From the IMG/VR virus record IMGVR_UViG_3300044633_000521: DNA of 64,000 nucleotides; one strand, given 5' to 3'. A program made the position numbers and the translations under genes. The first letter of the stretch is position 1. The number at the start of each line of letters is the position of its first letter. This document shows positions 1 through 9,106 of the stretch, in pieces. Source of the stretch: a virus. The notes beneath the pieces were generated by a model. It ran no database searches. It had not been told where the DNA came from and saw only the letters and a program-made list of their open reading frames with translations.

Positions 1-269
1 GCAGTCCAGATGGTACTCTTTTCAGAGTCCCTACTACCATGTAATAACTCTCGTAGGCGCTTTTCATCACCTGAACCTTCAATAAACCACAACAACTCAC
101 TGAGACAGGCTTTGAACGCTAACCGCTTAGTAGTAACTGCTGGAAAGCCCTTACTTAAATCGTAGCGTTGTTGCATACCAAAGATGCCAATGGTACCCGT
201 GCCCGTACGATCTTCTCGTACAGTACCATTGTTTAGAACATCATGTAGTGCGTTAAGATAAGTTTTCAT
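1..269 (-). CDS. thyA: Thymidylate synthase (partial; runs off left edge)
   Basis: Hand translation from ATG at 269: MKTYLNALHDVLNNGTVREDRTGTGTIGIFGMQQRYDLSKGFPAVTTKRLAFKACLSELLWFIEGS, the classic ThyA N-terminus (DRTGTGT, FPxxTTK, ELLWF). Adjacent to DHFR. Confidence 0.96.
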   Translation of the reverse strand, partial: MKTYLNALHDVLNNGTVREDRTGTGTIGIFGMQQRYDLSKGFPAVTTKRLAFKACLSELLWFIEGSGDEKRLRELLHGSRDSEKSTIWT

Positions 270-275
270 TATAGT

Positions 276-304
276 ATTATAACAGAAATAAATTCAACTG
301 TCAA
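276..304 (-). promoter_or_regulatory. Consensus sigma70 promoter TTGACA-N17-TATAAT, 6 nt upstream of thyA ATG (leaderless)
   Basis: Minus strand reads TTGACA gttgaatttatttctgt TATAAT actata ATG. The -35 overlaps the DHFR TGA stop. Confidence 0.85.
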
Positions 305-795
305 TCGAAGAATATATCACGGTCCCATACTTCGTATGTACAGTTTTCACCTGGTTTGACTGATTTGATGCGGAATGTTGCTAACCAACGTTCAAGATTG
401 ATACGAGTATCAGTCCAGTAGTTTGGCTTCATACGTGTTAGATAAATGCGTTCTACTATGCCCTCACAGGCTTCGTATATACTCTTACCACCAATGACAT
501 AAACATCCTTGTCAGGGAATTGTGCTTGTAGATCTAATACCTGCTGACGAACATCGCCGTGTAACCTGCGCACCTGGTGTCCAGCAATTAAATTATTGCT
601 AACAACACAGTTGACACGATTGGGTAATGGTTTGGGCATCTTAGGATCATCCCAAGTAGTACGCCCCATTACCACAATGTGGCCCTCAGTGTGTTCTTTA
701 AACCAAGCAAGATCTTCTTTATGTTTAGGCCAAGGCAAAGTACCGCGATTACCTATGCCACCATTACTGGTAGCAGCTAGTATTGCTTTAATCAT
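301..795 (-). CDS. folA: Dihydrofolate reductase
   Basis: GIGNRGTLPW, DLAWFK, VVMGRTTW, PLPNRVN and VIGGKSIY motifs. Confidence 0.96.
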   Translation of the reverse strand: MIKAILAATSNGGIGNRGTLPWPKHKEDLAWFKEHTEGHIVVMGRTTWDDPKMPKPLPNRVNCVVSNNLIAGHQVRRLHGDVRQQVLDLQAQFPDKDVYVIGGKSIYEACEGIVERIYLTRMKPNYWTDTRINLERWLATFRIKSVKPGENCTYEVWDRDIFFD

Positions 796-1145
796 AAATC
801 TTTTAGTACCTTGTCTGTTTCTGGTTGTACAGCATTAACTACTTTATCAATGTCAATAAAGAAGTCAACGTTGTCAATATACTCGTCTAAATCTTGAAAT
901 TTATTGTTAAGTAATTCCTCAATGTCATCAGGATTAGCGCCATCGGCTAGTAATTGTGTAACGTCAATACTAAGGTCAGTACCATCAACGAGCCTAACGA
1001 TAATACGTTGTAGCACATTTACTGGTACTTCCTTTTTATCAACACCTTTAACAATATCTTGCCAACGCTTCTTAACATTCATGTTAACTTTCTTAGCTGA
1101 GTTTTTACGCTGTGGCTTTTTTGGTTGCGGTAGGTTTTCTGACAT
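792..1145 (-). CDS. Hypothetical phage protein
   Basis: 117-aa ORF overlapping neighbours in an operon; true start may be downstream. Confidence 0.6.
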   Translation of the reverse strand: MSENLPQPKKPQRKNSAKKVNMNVKKRWQDIVKGVDKKEVPVNVLQRIIVRLVDGTDLSIDVTQLLADGANPDDIEELLNNKFQDLDEYIDNVDFFIDIDKVVNAVQPETDKVLKDL

Positions 1146-1770
1146 TCTTAGCCTTTGTTGGTGCTAGTGATTTAGCTTCTTCTTTTAAGCGTTTAGCTTC
1201 TGCTATTAGACTCTTAGCTTCGGCTTCCATACGGGTAGCTTGTGCCAAACGTTGTGTAGCAATGTCAGCATCAGACAATACATCTGCGCTAGTTGTATTT
1301 ACACTACTCGATGTAGTTTTAGTATTCTTCTTAGCTTCACCCACTTCACGAGCTTTCTTAGCAGATGGATCACCGAAGCCACGATTAGAATCAACATCAG
1401 CTAATTTTTTAACAGCTTCTTCACCGTCTTCCATTTTCTTAAGAATATCGTTTAATTCATCTAATCGAACGCTACTGTTTTGTGTTGGAGTAACAATAAC
1501 TTGATTAGTTGGAACTTTTTTCATATAGCCTCCACGATGGATAGCCATTAGGCAGTTTTCACCATCTGGCATAATGTGGCGGAAGAGCGCATCTGCTAAT
1601 TCTTTGGCATTTTGTCCAATGTCGCTTTCTAATACTTTCATTGCTTCATCGTGGATCATCATTGGCAATGTTTCTGTGTATAACACAAGAGCCATATGGT
1701 CTTCATCTGGTACTGTTCTATATACAACCGCAATACGGCGGTTATTGTGTTTTCCTACGTGCTTAATCAT
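1105..1770 (-). CDS. Hypothetical phage protein with basic coiled-coil C-terminus
   Basis: 221-aa ORF in operon with SD-like GGAG upstream. Confidence 0.7.
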   Translation of the reverse strand: MIKHVGKHNNRRIAVVYRTVPDEDHMALVLYTETLPMMIHDEAMKVLESDIGQNAKELADALFRHIMPDGENCLMAIHRGGYMKKVPTNQVIVTPTQNSSVRLDELNDILKKMEDGEEAVKKLADVDSNRGFGDPSAKKAREVGEAKKNTKTTSSSVNTTSADVLSDADIATQRLAQATRMEAEAKSLIAEAKRLKEEAKSLAPTKAKNVRKPTATKKATA

Positions 1771-2014
1771 TTGAGGTCTCCTGTGTAGCAGTAGGTCTAG
1801 TAATAGCGCCTACGCTTTCTAAAAATGCGATTAATTTGTTATATAAACCACCAACTGATTCTAGTTCTTCAGCACGGAAAGTACCACGCTGACTAGTTAG
1901 TTGGATGATTTGTGCAACTAGTACTAGGTCTTGTAAAGTAAGTCCTGGTGTTGCTGGTTCTGTTTGTTCAGGTGCTGATGGTTCAGCTTGAACTTGTTCT
2001 TTCGTCTTAGCCAT
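1763..2014 (-). CDS. Hypothetical phage protein
   Basis: 83 aa; GGAG SD and TAAATA motif upstream; RGxFxAxEL segment. Confidence 0.7.
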   Translation of the reverse strand: MAKTKEQVQAEPSAPEQTEPATPGLTLQDLVLVAQIIQLTSQRGTFRAEELESVGGLYNKLIAFLESVGAITRPTATQETSND

Positions 2015-2076
2015 TTATAAAAGTCTCCATTGGGAACACTTTTATTTAACGACATTATCTCAGGTGGAAAAATTTC

Positions 2077-2364
2077 TTACCAAATACTTTTGGATTGATT
2101 TATCTGCGGGAGGAATAGACCAAAATAGCTAGCTTCGCTGAGACTTTCAAATGCTGCAATTGACTGGCGCACAACTTTACCGTCTTTTCTAACATCAGTT
2201 TGTCCAAAGTAAAACCGACCTTCTAAATTTTCATAGATCCAGTCGGTTATAGTTTTTTCTTGAATATATAGATCAAATGACACTGATTCAAAGTGAGGTG
2301 GGCACCAGTCTAGTTGTCGCAGACCAAAGATGTTTAGGGGATTAGGTTCACCGTGTTTAAGCAT
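2077..2364 (-). CDS. Hypothetical phage protein (likely start MLKHGEPNPL)
   Basis: ORF 2077..2412; ATG at 2364 is coupled to the upstream stop (TAATG overlap). Confidence 0.6.
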   Translation of the reverse strand: MLKHGEPNPLNIFGLRQLDWCPPHFESVSFDLYIQEKTITDWIYENLEGRFYFGQTDVRKDGKVVRQSIAAFESLSEASYFGLFLPQINQSKSIW

Positions 2365-2789
2365 TAAAAAGGTATCTCTTCGGCGTATTCTTCTTCGAGT
2401 TGTAAGCGCCATTCGTCAACACTGGTTGTGCCAACAGTGCCTTCAACTTTGCGTCCAGTTTTAATGGTGCGTAGTAATTGTCGATTACGTTCAACTTGTT
2501 CTTTTTCCTTACGTTTCTTATCATTGCCGAGTTTAAGCATTTCTTCGTAGCCACGAGCCCATTCAACACCGGTTAACCAGGTATCGATCTCTTCAAGTGT
2601 GCCTATAAAGACATCGGCATCACGACTGTAGTGTGGTAAACAATCTTCCTTGGGTTTTAAACAGATATAACTTATATTGTTATTACTACCGTAGTTATAA
2701 TTAGCTGAAGAAGAAAACTTAAATCCAAGCTCTTCTGCTCGAGCTTCTACACGCTTTATACGCTGTACATCTTCCCAACCCAAAGCCAT
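2364..2789 (-). CDS. Hypothetical phage protein
   Basis: 141 aa, translationally coupled, ends in acidic EEIPF tail. Confidence 0.65.
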   Translation of the reverse strand: MALGWEDVQRIKRVEARAEELGFKFSSSANYNYGSNNNISYICLKPKEDCLPHYSRDADVFIGTLEEIDTWLTGVEWARGYEEMLKLGNDKKRKEKEQVERNRQLLRTIKTGRKVEGTVGTTSVDEWRLQLEEEYAEEIPF

Positions 2790-3124
2790 TATTCTACAAT
2801 CTCTAACTTAGGTTTACTGTTAAGTTTAGTGACATTCTTTGGCTTTTCTGGGGTAGCAGGTCTATAGTGAGTTGCTACTTCTACAATAGGAAAAACCCAA
2901 GAATTCTCTTCTTTATTATCACCAAAGAAGTATTCCAATAGACGCTTACCAAATCCTTTACTATTTGGCACAGCCATAACAATCAATTTACCCGACAATT
3001 CGTTATACTGTTCATTAGTGATATGTTTACTTTTTAACAGGTAAACAAGTGTATCGTGTGTGGCACGAGTCATTTGTTCTGCTAACTCTATTGGAGTATA
3101 ACTAAAACTATGATATACTGACAT
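2789..3124 (-). CDS. Hypothetical phage protein
   Basis: 111 aa, TAATG-coupled to both neighbours. Confidence 0.65.
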   Translation of the reverse strand: MSVYHSFSYTPIELAEQMTRATHDTLVYLLKSKHITNEQYNELSGKLIVMAVPNSKGFGKRLLEYFFGDNKEENSWVFPIVEVATHYRPATPEKPKNVTKLNSKPKLEIVE

Positions 3125-4401
3125 TACGCATGCTCCTTACTTAATTCATAATATGCTGTTTGCCCAAATGGCGCAGTAATACTTGTACTGCCGTGTATAA
3201 CAAACAATGTTTCACAGTAGTCTTCATCACCCCAACCACCACCTGGGTAACCGTCTGTAAACATAACAAAGAATTTAGGAGCAATTTCATTTTCCTTCAT
3301 AAATTCCCAGTTAGCTTCAAACATTGTGCCGCCGCCACCTTGTACCTCATAAGTGTCAATGTCGTCAATGTTGTCTGGAGTAAATGTTTCCATACCGTAA
3401 ACATCTGTGTCAAATGACCAAACACGTAGTTTGAAGTCATCGAAACTCTGCATAATACCTTTAACTTCACTTAAGATATCACGCAACATACCTTCACTCA
3501 TACTACCCGACGCATCAATTGCTACACTAACATCAATTGTTTCGGCAAAGTTAGTACCTGGAAAAATAGCATCCATGTGCCAACTACGACGACTAGGTTT
3601 CATCCAAGTAAAGTCACTTTTAACTAAACTTTGTATCTGTTGACGAATTAATTCACGCCAGTTCATCTGCGGATTAGTAAGCTGATTAATCATACGCTTA
3701 ACCCCCATCGGCAAATTACCCGCACCTGCCGCTTCTGCCGCTTGTAGTACAGCTTCACGTATTTCGTCACGCAATGCTTTCTTTTCTTCAGCAGTCATCT
3801 TGCCTGGACGTCCGTTGCCTTCTTTATCACCTTTGCCATTGCCGCCGCTACCGTCACCTTCGCCGTCTTCGCCGTCTTCATCTAAGTGTTCATCAAGCAA
3901 GTGCTTCATTAACTCATCAATGTCAATTTTGTCAGCATTCTCGTATAAATCGTCGTATACTTCTTCACTGGACCAACCATCGTATTTTTTGTTATACAAC
4001 CCAATTGGAATAAAGTCACCAATACGCTGTTGTTTCAAATCGCTGTTAACACAATAGTCTGCCGCACAGTTAAACAAACGTTTATCTCTATCGCCAGCTC
4101 TGCCCATGTGATCGTAAACAACGTGTAACACTTCATGCCCTACTAAAAACTCAATTTGCTTCTGTGGCAGTTTGTTTACAAATTCACTGTTGTAGTAAAA
4201 GTTACGCCCATCTGTAGCAGCAGTAGGCAACCACTCGTCTGCGTTTACAAGTTTTAAACGTGTTGCTAAGTTGCCAAAAAATGGAGCCTTAAGTAACAGC
4301 GCAATACGTGCCGTAATAAGTTTTTCACGTACAGCATTATCTGTCGCAGTGTTAGTCACTGTTACACTTTTTGCTTTTTCTGTACTTGCTGTAGTTGCCA
4401 T
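3124..4401 (-). CDS. Metallopeptidase-like + VWA domain protein (DUF2201-like), MoxR partner
   Basis: TAATDG, HEVLH zincin motif, Gly/acidic linker, MIDAS DASGS, GGGT and FTDG motifs. Confidence 0.88.
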   Translation of the reverse strand: MATTASTEKAKSVTVTNTATDNAVREKLITARIALLLKAPFFGNLATRLKLVNADEWLPTAATDGRNFYYNSEFVNKLPQKQIEFLVGHEVLHVVYDHMGRAGDRDKRLFNCAADYCVNSDLKQQRIGDFIPIGLYNKKYDGWSSEEVYDDLYENADKIDIDELMKHLLDEHLDEDGEDGEGDGSGGNGKGDKEGNGRPGKMTAEEKKALRDEIREAVLQAAEAAGAGNLPMGVKRMINQLTNPQMNWRELIRQQIQSLVKSDFTWMKPSRRSWHMDAIFPGTNFAETIDVSVAIDASGSMSEGMLRDILSEVKGIMQSFDDFKLRVWSFDTDVYGMETFTPDNIDDIDTYEVQGGGGTMFEANWEFMKENEIAPKFFVMFTDGYPGGGWGDEDYCETLFVIHGSTSITAPFGQTAYYELSKEHA

Positions 4402-4434
4402 TATATGTTCCTTAGGTGTTTTAACATTATAAGT

Positions 4435-4463
4435 ATTATATACTCAAACAAGAAAAAAGTCAA
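4435..4463 (-). promoter_or_regulatory. sigma70-type promoter TTGACT-N17-TATAAT for the VWA operon
   Basis: Read directly; AAGGA SD follows before the ATG at 4401. Confidence 0.75.
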
Positions 4464-4473
4464 CTAATATTTT

Positions 4474-5460
4474 ATGTTAAAATTCTGCAGCGGATCATTT
4501 GATACCATTAATATACACAAGTCTGGAAATGTTGGCCTGTGCCTTTGTGATTCTTGGCATACTAAAGGATTCATAGGAAATCTTAATACCAACACCCTAA
4601 CAGAACTGTTTAGTAATGAGAAGACACAAGAGTTTAGAAGTACAATATTTGATCAAACTTTTAAACATTGTAATCCCGATCAGTGCGGAAAGTTTTGGAA
4701 TTTGGATCAATTGGTTAGTTTGGATCACATTGATCCATTACCTGTACTGCCTACAAATATTCAGTTACAGCTAGATGAAAATTGTAATTTAAAATGTGCT
4801 AGCTGTCGTAACTCTAATATCTATAGTAAAGAAGTTAATCCACGTGTAGCAAAGATACTTGATGTACTAGCCAACGACTATAAGGACTTTGACAAGAAAG
4901 TATTTGTCTACGGTGATGGCACTGGCGATATATTTGCCAGCTCAGCTTATCAACAGTTCTTACGCAGTGACCGTGTGCCCAAGTGTTGGAATTTTTGCTT
5001 TACCACAAATGGTAACCTAATTACTAAGAATTTAGACCTAATTGACCGAATAAGCACACAAATCGACCTAGTTATTGTAAGTTTAGACGCCGCAACATCC
5101 AACACTTACTGTGACATCAGAGGCGGTGTGTTTGAGATTGTTTTAGACGGTATTAGAGAACTAGTGTCTAGAGGTATTAAGGTCAGTACACAGTATGTTG
5201 TACAGTATAAAAACTATCAAGAAGTACGTGAGTATGTAGACTTATGTAAGAGAATAGGTGTACGTCATATAGGTCTACAAAAGATTGACCGTTGGGGACA
5301 TTTAGGTAATGATTGGTGGCAGGCTAATCAGATCGACAACAACCCTGACGTTGACTACGATTTTCTAATCAACGCTCTAGATGAATTTAAACAAGATCCG
5401 CAGATAGGTCTCTGCGGAGGATTAGAGCAACTATTAGCTAAGAAGAGTGCGCTAAGGTAA
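4474..5460 (+). CDS. Radical SAM protein with N-terminal twitch/SPASM-like Cys domain
   Basis: CNLKCASC motif, N-terminal C..ClC..C cluster, TTNG and SLDAA motifs. Only credible plus-strand gene. Confidence 0.88.
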   Translation: MLKFCSGSFDTINIHKSGNVGLCLCDSWHTKGFIGNLNTNTLTELFSNEKTQEFRSTIFDQTFKHCNPDQCGKFWNLDQLVSLDHIDPLPVLPTNIQLQLDENCNLKCASCRNSNIYSKEVNPRVAKILDVLANDYKDFDKKVFVYGDGTGDIFASSAYQQFLRSDRVPKCWNFCFTTNGNLITKNLDLIDRISTQIDLVIVSLDAATSNTYCDIRGGVFEIVLDGIRELVSRGIKVSTQYVVQYKNYQEVREYVDLCKRIGVRHIGLQKIDRWGHLGNDWWQANQIDNNPDVDYDFLINALDEFKQDPQIGLCGGLEQLLAKKSALR

Positions 5461-5749
5461 AGAATGCTAGTGCTTCTTCTGTAACATAGATTCTTAGTAG
5501 TTGATGATCAGTTTGCCAAGCCCATTTTGGGGTTTGGTGGGTAAGACTGTTTATTCGATGACACTTACCAAGTTCGGCGCTTGGACCAAACTTTTCCCAA
5601 AACCAAACACGGGCTTTGAGAAAATTTAATTCATTCTCTGACATAGCATTATAGTTACCACGAACATAAACATTATAATTTATATAATGATTAAACAGCT
5701 CGTGACCGGTATGTCTACGATCCATCTTAGTTATTTTGAAATCACTCAT
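5438..5749 (-). CDS. Hypothetical phage protein
   Basis: 103-aa ORF; Trp-rich pattern shared with other small ORFs here. Confidence 0.6.
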   Translation of the reverse strand: MSDFKITKMDRRHTGHELFNHYINYNVYVRGNYNAMSENELNFLKARVWFWEKFGPSAELGKCHRINSLTHQTPKWAWQTDHQLLRIYVTEEALAFFTLAHSS

Positions 5750-5756
5750 CGAATGT

Positions 5757-5779
5757 AAAAAGCCCCTTGCGGGGCTTTT
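5757..5779 (-). terminator. Intrinsic (probably bidirectional) terminator after MoxR gene
   Basis: AAAAGCCCC-GCAA-GGGGCTTTTT: GC stem, GNRA loop, U tract. Confidence 0.85.
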
Positions 5780-5788
5780 CCTTTACAG

Positions 5789-6901
5789 TTACGCTACTGC
5801 CGCTACTACGTACTTGCCAAAGCGTTTGTGGAACTCATCAAAGTTTTTCAACTTGTTAGGTACAAACGGTAAGTTGTAAGTAGTAAGTGCAACACGTGCG
5901 CCCATTACAGTAACTTCTGTAGTAAAGTTATCCATCATAAACTTAAAGAAGTTATCTGCCATGTCGTGCCATTTAGCATTATCTTCCTTGCCAAATTTAG
6001 CATAAGCATCTTTAAGTTCGTAACACATACTAATAGTTAAACTGTACATAGCACTAATTTCTTTAATTTGTAGCTCTTTAACCTTGCCAGCCAACACATC
6101 TTCTGGCTTAGGCAATTTGCTAGCAATCTTACGATGCGCCATAAACTTAACAGCAGTACCATCGCCAATCGTACCTGCTACTAAATCAGTAATAGTGCTG
6201 TCACTAATACCATCTTCTAATAGCTCACTAACAAAACTCCAACTACGGGGCGTTGCAAAACTACGACTTGAACTCTTAGGATCAAAGTCATACAAGTCTT
6301 GTTTAGCAAATGAGATGTAACCAATCACGTCTTTGTGTATACGATTTTCAGTAGCCCATTGCAACCAGCTCTCATAGTCTACACGCATTTCCAAGTGAAC
6401 AAAACGATTTGCCAACGGCGCTGGCATACGATAGGTTACACCTTTATCACCTTCTCTGTTACCTGCCGCAACTATAACAACATTGTCTGGCAACACGTAC
6501 TTACCAATACGTCTGTTCAATACAAGTTGGTAAGCCGCAGCCTGTACACTAGGAGCCGCACTGTTCATCTCATCTAAAAACAACACAACGACAGGATATT
6601 TTGCAGCATCTTCTGCGCTAGGCAAATCAATTGGCGGAGCCCAATCCATCAAGCCGTTGTCTTTATTGTAGTACGGAATGCCGCGAATGTCCGTTGGGTC
6701 CATTTGCGCTAGTCGCAGGTCGTACATGCGGCCGCCCATTTCTTTAGTAATGCCCTCTACTAATTCACTCTTACCAATACCCGGAGGACCCCACAGGAAC
6801 AATGGACGTTGTTTTGTAAAGCAACGTAAAATTGCTGTTTTAGCTTCTACAGCCGTTACTGTTCTATTTTCTGTTATTGTTGCCATTTGTAATCCTCTCA
6901 A
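5789..6901 (-). CDS. MoxR-family AAA+ ATPase
   Basis: Walker A GPPGIGKS, Walker B LFLDE, AAGN, PLANRF and TPRSW motifs; likely start MATITEN. Confidence 0.9.
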   Translation of the reverse strand: MRGLQMATITENRTVTAVEAKTAILRCFTKQRPLFLWGPPGIGKSELVEGITKEMGGRMYDLRLAQMDPTDIRGIPYYNKDNGLMDWAPPIDLPSAEDAAKYPVVVLFLDEMNSAAPSVQAAAYQLVLNRRIGKYVLPDNVVIVAAGNREGDKGVTYRMPAPLANRFVHLEMRVDYESWLQWATENRIHKDVIGYISFAKQDLYDFDPKSSSRSFATPRSWSFVSELLEDGISDSTITDLVAGTIGDGTAVKFMAHRKIASKLPKPEDVLAGKVKELQIKEISAMYSLTISMCYELKDAYAKFGKEDNAKWHDMADNFFKFMMDNFTTEVTVMGARVALTTYNLPFVPNKLKNFDEFHKRFGKYVVAAVA

Positions 6902-6939
6902 TTAACTTACAAACAAAATATCTAACTAACTAAAAAACT

Positions 6940-6968
6940 ATTATACTATCAAACTACTAGTTTGTCAA
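6940..6968 (-). promoter_or_regulatory. Consensus sigma70 promoter TTGACA-N17-TATAAT for MoxR
   Basis: Read directly; the -35 lies inside an 8-bp inverted repeat (aaactact/agtagttt, 6951-6975). Confidence 0.8.
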
Positions 6969-6973
6969 GTAGT

Positions 6974-7243
6974 TTATACCTTAGACAACAATGAAGCGGC
7001 TACATTCCAAAAGCCATTTACACCGCAATCAACTTTAATATTCTTAACCATAACATGTGTAACTGTACCCGTAACAGTGCGTTTACCACGTCCTGTAAAA
7101 CTCACAGTGTCACCTGGATTAAAACTAACCGCAGTGCGACGACTAAGCAAATTATGCTGTTCTTTAATTGCTTCGTGTAGGGTTTTAAGTTCTGCTGTAG
7201 AAGTAATGTTAGCAATTTCTTTAAGTAATGTAGCTACTGACAT
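6974..7243 (-). CDS. Hypothetical protein with SH3/KOW-like C-terminal half
   Basis: FNPGDTVSF...GTV...W.V..SLL pattern; strong AGGAG SD. Confidence 0.65.
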   Translation of the reverse strand: MSVATLLKEIANITSTAELKTLHEAIKEQHNLLSRRTAVSFNPGDTVSFTGRGKRTVTGTVTHVMVKNIKVDCGVNGFWNVAASLLSKV

Positions 7244-7281
7244 AGTGTTTCTCCTGTGTTGTTATCTAACTGTTAAATGCT

Positions 7282-7310
7282 ATTATAGACTCATTTAACC
7301 AAAAAGTCAA
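7282..7310 (-). promoter_or_regulatory. sigma70-type promoter TTGACT-N17-TATAAT
   Basis: Read directly upstream of 6974..7243. Confidence 0.75.
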
Positions 7311-7315
7311 CCGGT

Positions 7316-7663
7316 TTATAGGCTTTGATTGTCGAGATACTGTTGGAGATTGTTGGCGTGAAGGCTTAACATCATAGCATCACGGTCACTGATAATGTGT
7401 ATAGTCTTGCGATTCTGTACGTAATAGGGCTCTTTAAACCAACGCTCTAGCTGTACAAACGTACGAGGACGTATATCGTGGCTTAGTTCAAACTTATAGA
7501 ATTTAACGTGTTTACGCACTTCTAAATAGGCCTTTTGGACCAGACGCAGACTGTTATGATTAGTTGGATTATACCACCAACTGCTAGGACTTACTGAATA
7601 CGGAGTTAGTTCGTAAAACTTAGCCTGCCATTCTGCTTGTAATGAACCAGCACGAGTTGACAT
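7316..7663 (-). CDS. Hypothetical phage protein
   Basis: 115-aa ORF in operon. Confidence 0.6.
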   Translation of the reverse strand: MSTRAGSLQAEWQAKFYELTPYSVSPSSWWYNPTNHNSLRLVQKAYLEVRKHVKFYKFELSHDIRPRTFVQLERWFKEPYYVQNRKTIHIISDRDAMMLSLHANNLQQYLDNQSL

Positions 7664-7665
7664 GA

Positions 7666-7953
7666 TTAAGGATAAATCTTATCGCCTTGTTTCAATAAGA
7701 CAACAGAGAATTTGTCAGTTTTAAATAGAGTGTTTAGCTTCTTAGCCAGGTTAATAGCATGACCGGGATTACTAAATGAAACTTTCTTGTATTTAGGTCC
7801 GGGATAGGCTACCAGGATATTGTGTGTTTTTAAATTGATAGGTTGACTATCATAAAACACCGCCCAGATACCCTCACTGTTAAGAATCTGGTCACTCTTA
7901 TAGTTACTTTTATTTACGTGCTCTAACAGCACTGTTGGTTTAGGTCTTGACAT
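7666..7953 (-). CDS. Hypothetical jumbo-phage protein (MSRPKPTVLLE type)
   Basis: 95 aa; YPGPKYKKVSFSNPGHA motif; ATAAATA 8 nt upstream of ATG. Confidence 0.7.
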   Translation of the reverse strand: MSRPKPTVLLEHVNKSNYKSDQILNSEGIWAVFYDSQPINLKTHNILVAYPGPKYKKVSFSNPGHAINLAKKLNTLFKTDKFSVVLLKQGDKIYP

Positions 7954-7989
7954 AGTATGTTTATTTATGCCAAATAACTGCGTATATAA

Positions 7990-8229
7990 TTAGAAACCAC
8001 CACCATCCATGCCCACAGTAACCACAGACTCTACTGTAGATTTTTCATTAACGATTGCTAGTTCTGCGATCTGTGTTAATAATTCAAATATATCAGCTTG
8101 TAGGTTTTGTGCTTCTAATTTAGATAATGTAAGATCTCTAGCGTTAGTTTGATTCATTACTTTAACTTTATTATTAAAGTTTTTGAGATGTATGGTCAGT
8201 TGACTCTCCATCAGTTCCTCCATTAGCAA
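7990..8229 (-). CDS. Hypothetical phage protein
   Basis: About 70-79 aa, ends MDGGGF. Confidence 0.6.
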   Translation of the reverse strand: MLMEELMESQLTIHLKNFNNKVKVMNQTNARDLTLSKLEAQNLQADIFELLTQIAELAIVNEKSTVESVVTVGMDGGGF

Positions 8230-8755
8230 TTCGTAAATGGAACTGCATTTCTTCTTTAGTTGTAAACGGCCCGGCGTAAGGGTACCTATTAAGCGTAATC
8301 AGTTTAGGACAGTAGCTTTTAACCCACCCGTTATTAAACTGTACAATATAGTATCCTGCGCAAAAGAAACTTTTGCTTTTGTTGCCTTTGGTAAAGATAG
8401 GTAACCTGTGTTTAACGTCCCAAAGTACATTATTAGGTTTATGTTCACACGGATAATCATAAACAGTGTGGGTTTCTTGTGGAACTTTTGCTGGTTTAGT
8501 TTTATCTACAATAAGATTGTATCGTTCACTGAGCAGTTTTAAGCTACCAAAGCGTTCTCTCCGACCTTTGTGTACAAGTGTAACTCCAGTTGGGCTAGTT
8601 AAAATACTAGCAACTTTAGTACCATCCTGTTCAACTACCCAACATTTATTTTTAACAATAGGTTTAGCTAATAATGGCACAATAGGCCCTCCGCAAGTGT
8701 CTACACCGGAGCAGGTATCTTTAAATTCGCATAGTTTTTGCTTAGGCGACGACAT
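8174..8755 (-). CDS. Hypothetical jumbo-phage protein
   Basis: 193 aa; SKSFFCAGYY...CPKLITL..YPYAGPF motif. Confidence 0.65.
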   Translation of the reverse strand: MSSPKQKLCEFKDTCSGVDTCGGPIVPLLAKPIVKNKCWVVEQDGTKVASILTSPTGVTLVHKGRRERFGSLKLLSERYNLIVDKTKPAKVPQETHTVYDYPCEHKPNNVLWDVKHRLPIFTKGNKSKSFFCAGYYIVQFNNGWVKSYCPKLITLNRYPYAGPFTTKEEMQFHLRIANGGTDGESTDHTSQKL

Positions 8756-9104
8756 AGATAATTCCGATGTAGGTTAAGTAATGTAGACCTTGGTCAGCAC
8801 CCATCCAAACCCAAAACATGTGATTGGCTGTGGTTAGACCTCGATTTAGTTGTTGTTTTGCCCAGTCGATGTGGTAATGTATAACACCATCTGCTAGAGC
8901 AAGAAAAATAATAGCATTGGCACTATGCGCAAAGAATACAAGAATGAATAAAGTAAAGGCCGCATGTACTGCCGCATGATGAATGCCGCCTTCTGCGCCA
9001 TAGATACCCTTCTCTTTGAGCATGTAGTCATATTGCATTAGGAAGTCGGCAATAAAGTGTTTAATACCAAATAATGCTAGTAAGACAAAAACAGTTGTGG
9101 TCAT
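8742..9104 (-). CDS. DUF3307-like membrane protein
   Basis: KHFIADFLMQ, HAAVH, HYHIDWAK and GADQGLH His motifs among hydrophobic helices. Confidence 0.8.
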   Translation of the reverse strand: MTTTVFVLLALFGIKHFIADFLMQYDYMLKEKGIYGAEGGIHHAAVHAAFTLFILVFFAHSANAIIFLALADGVIHYHIDWAKQQLNRGLTTANHMFWVWMGADQGLHYLTYIGIIYVVA

Positions 9105-9106
9105 AA

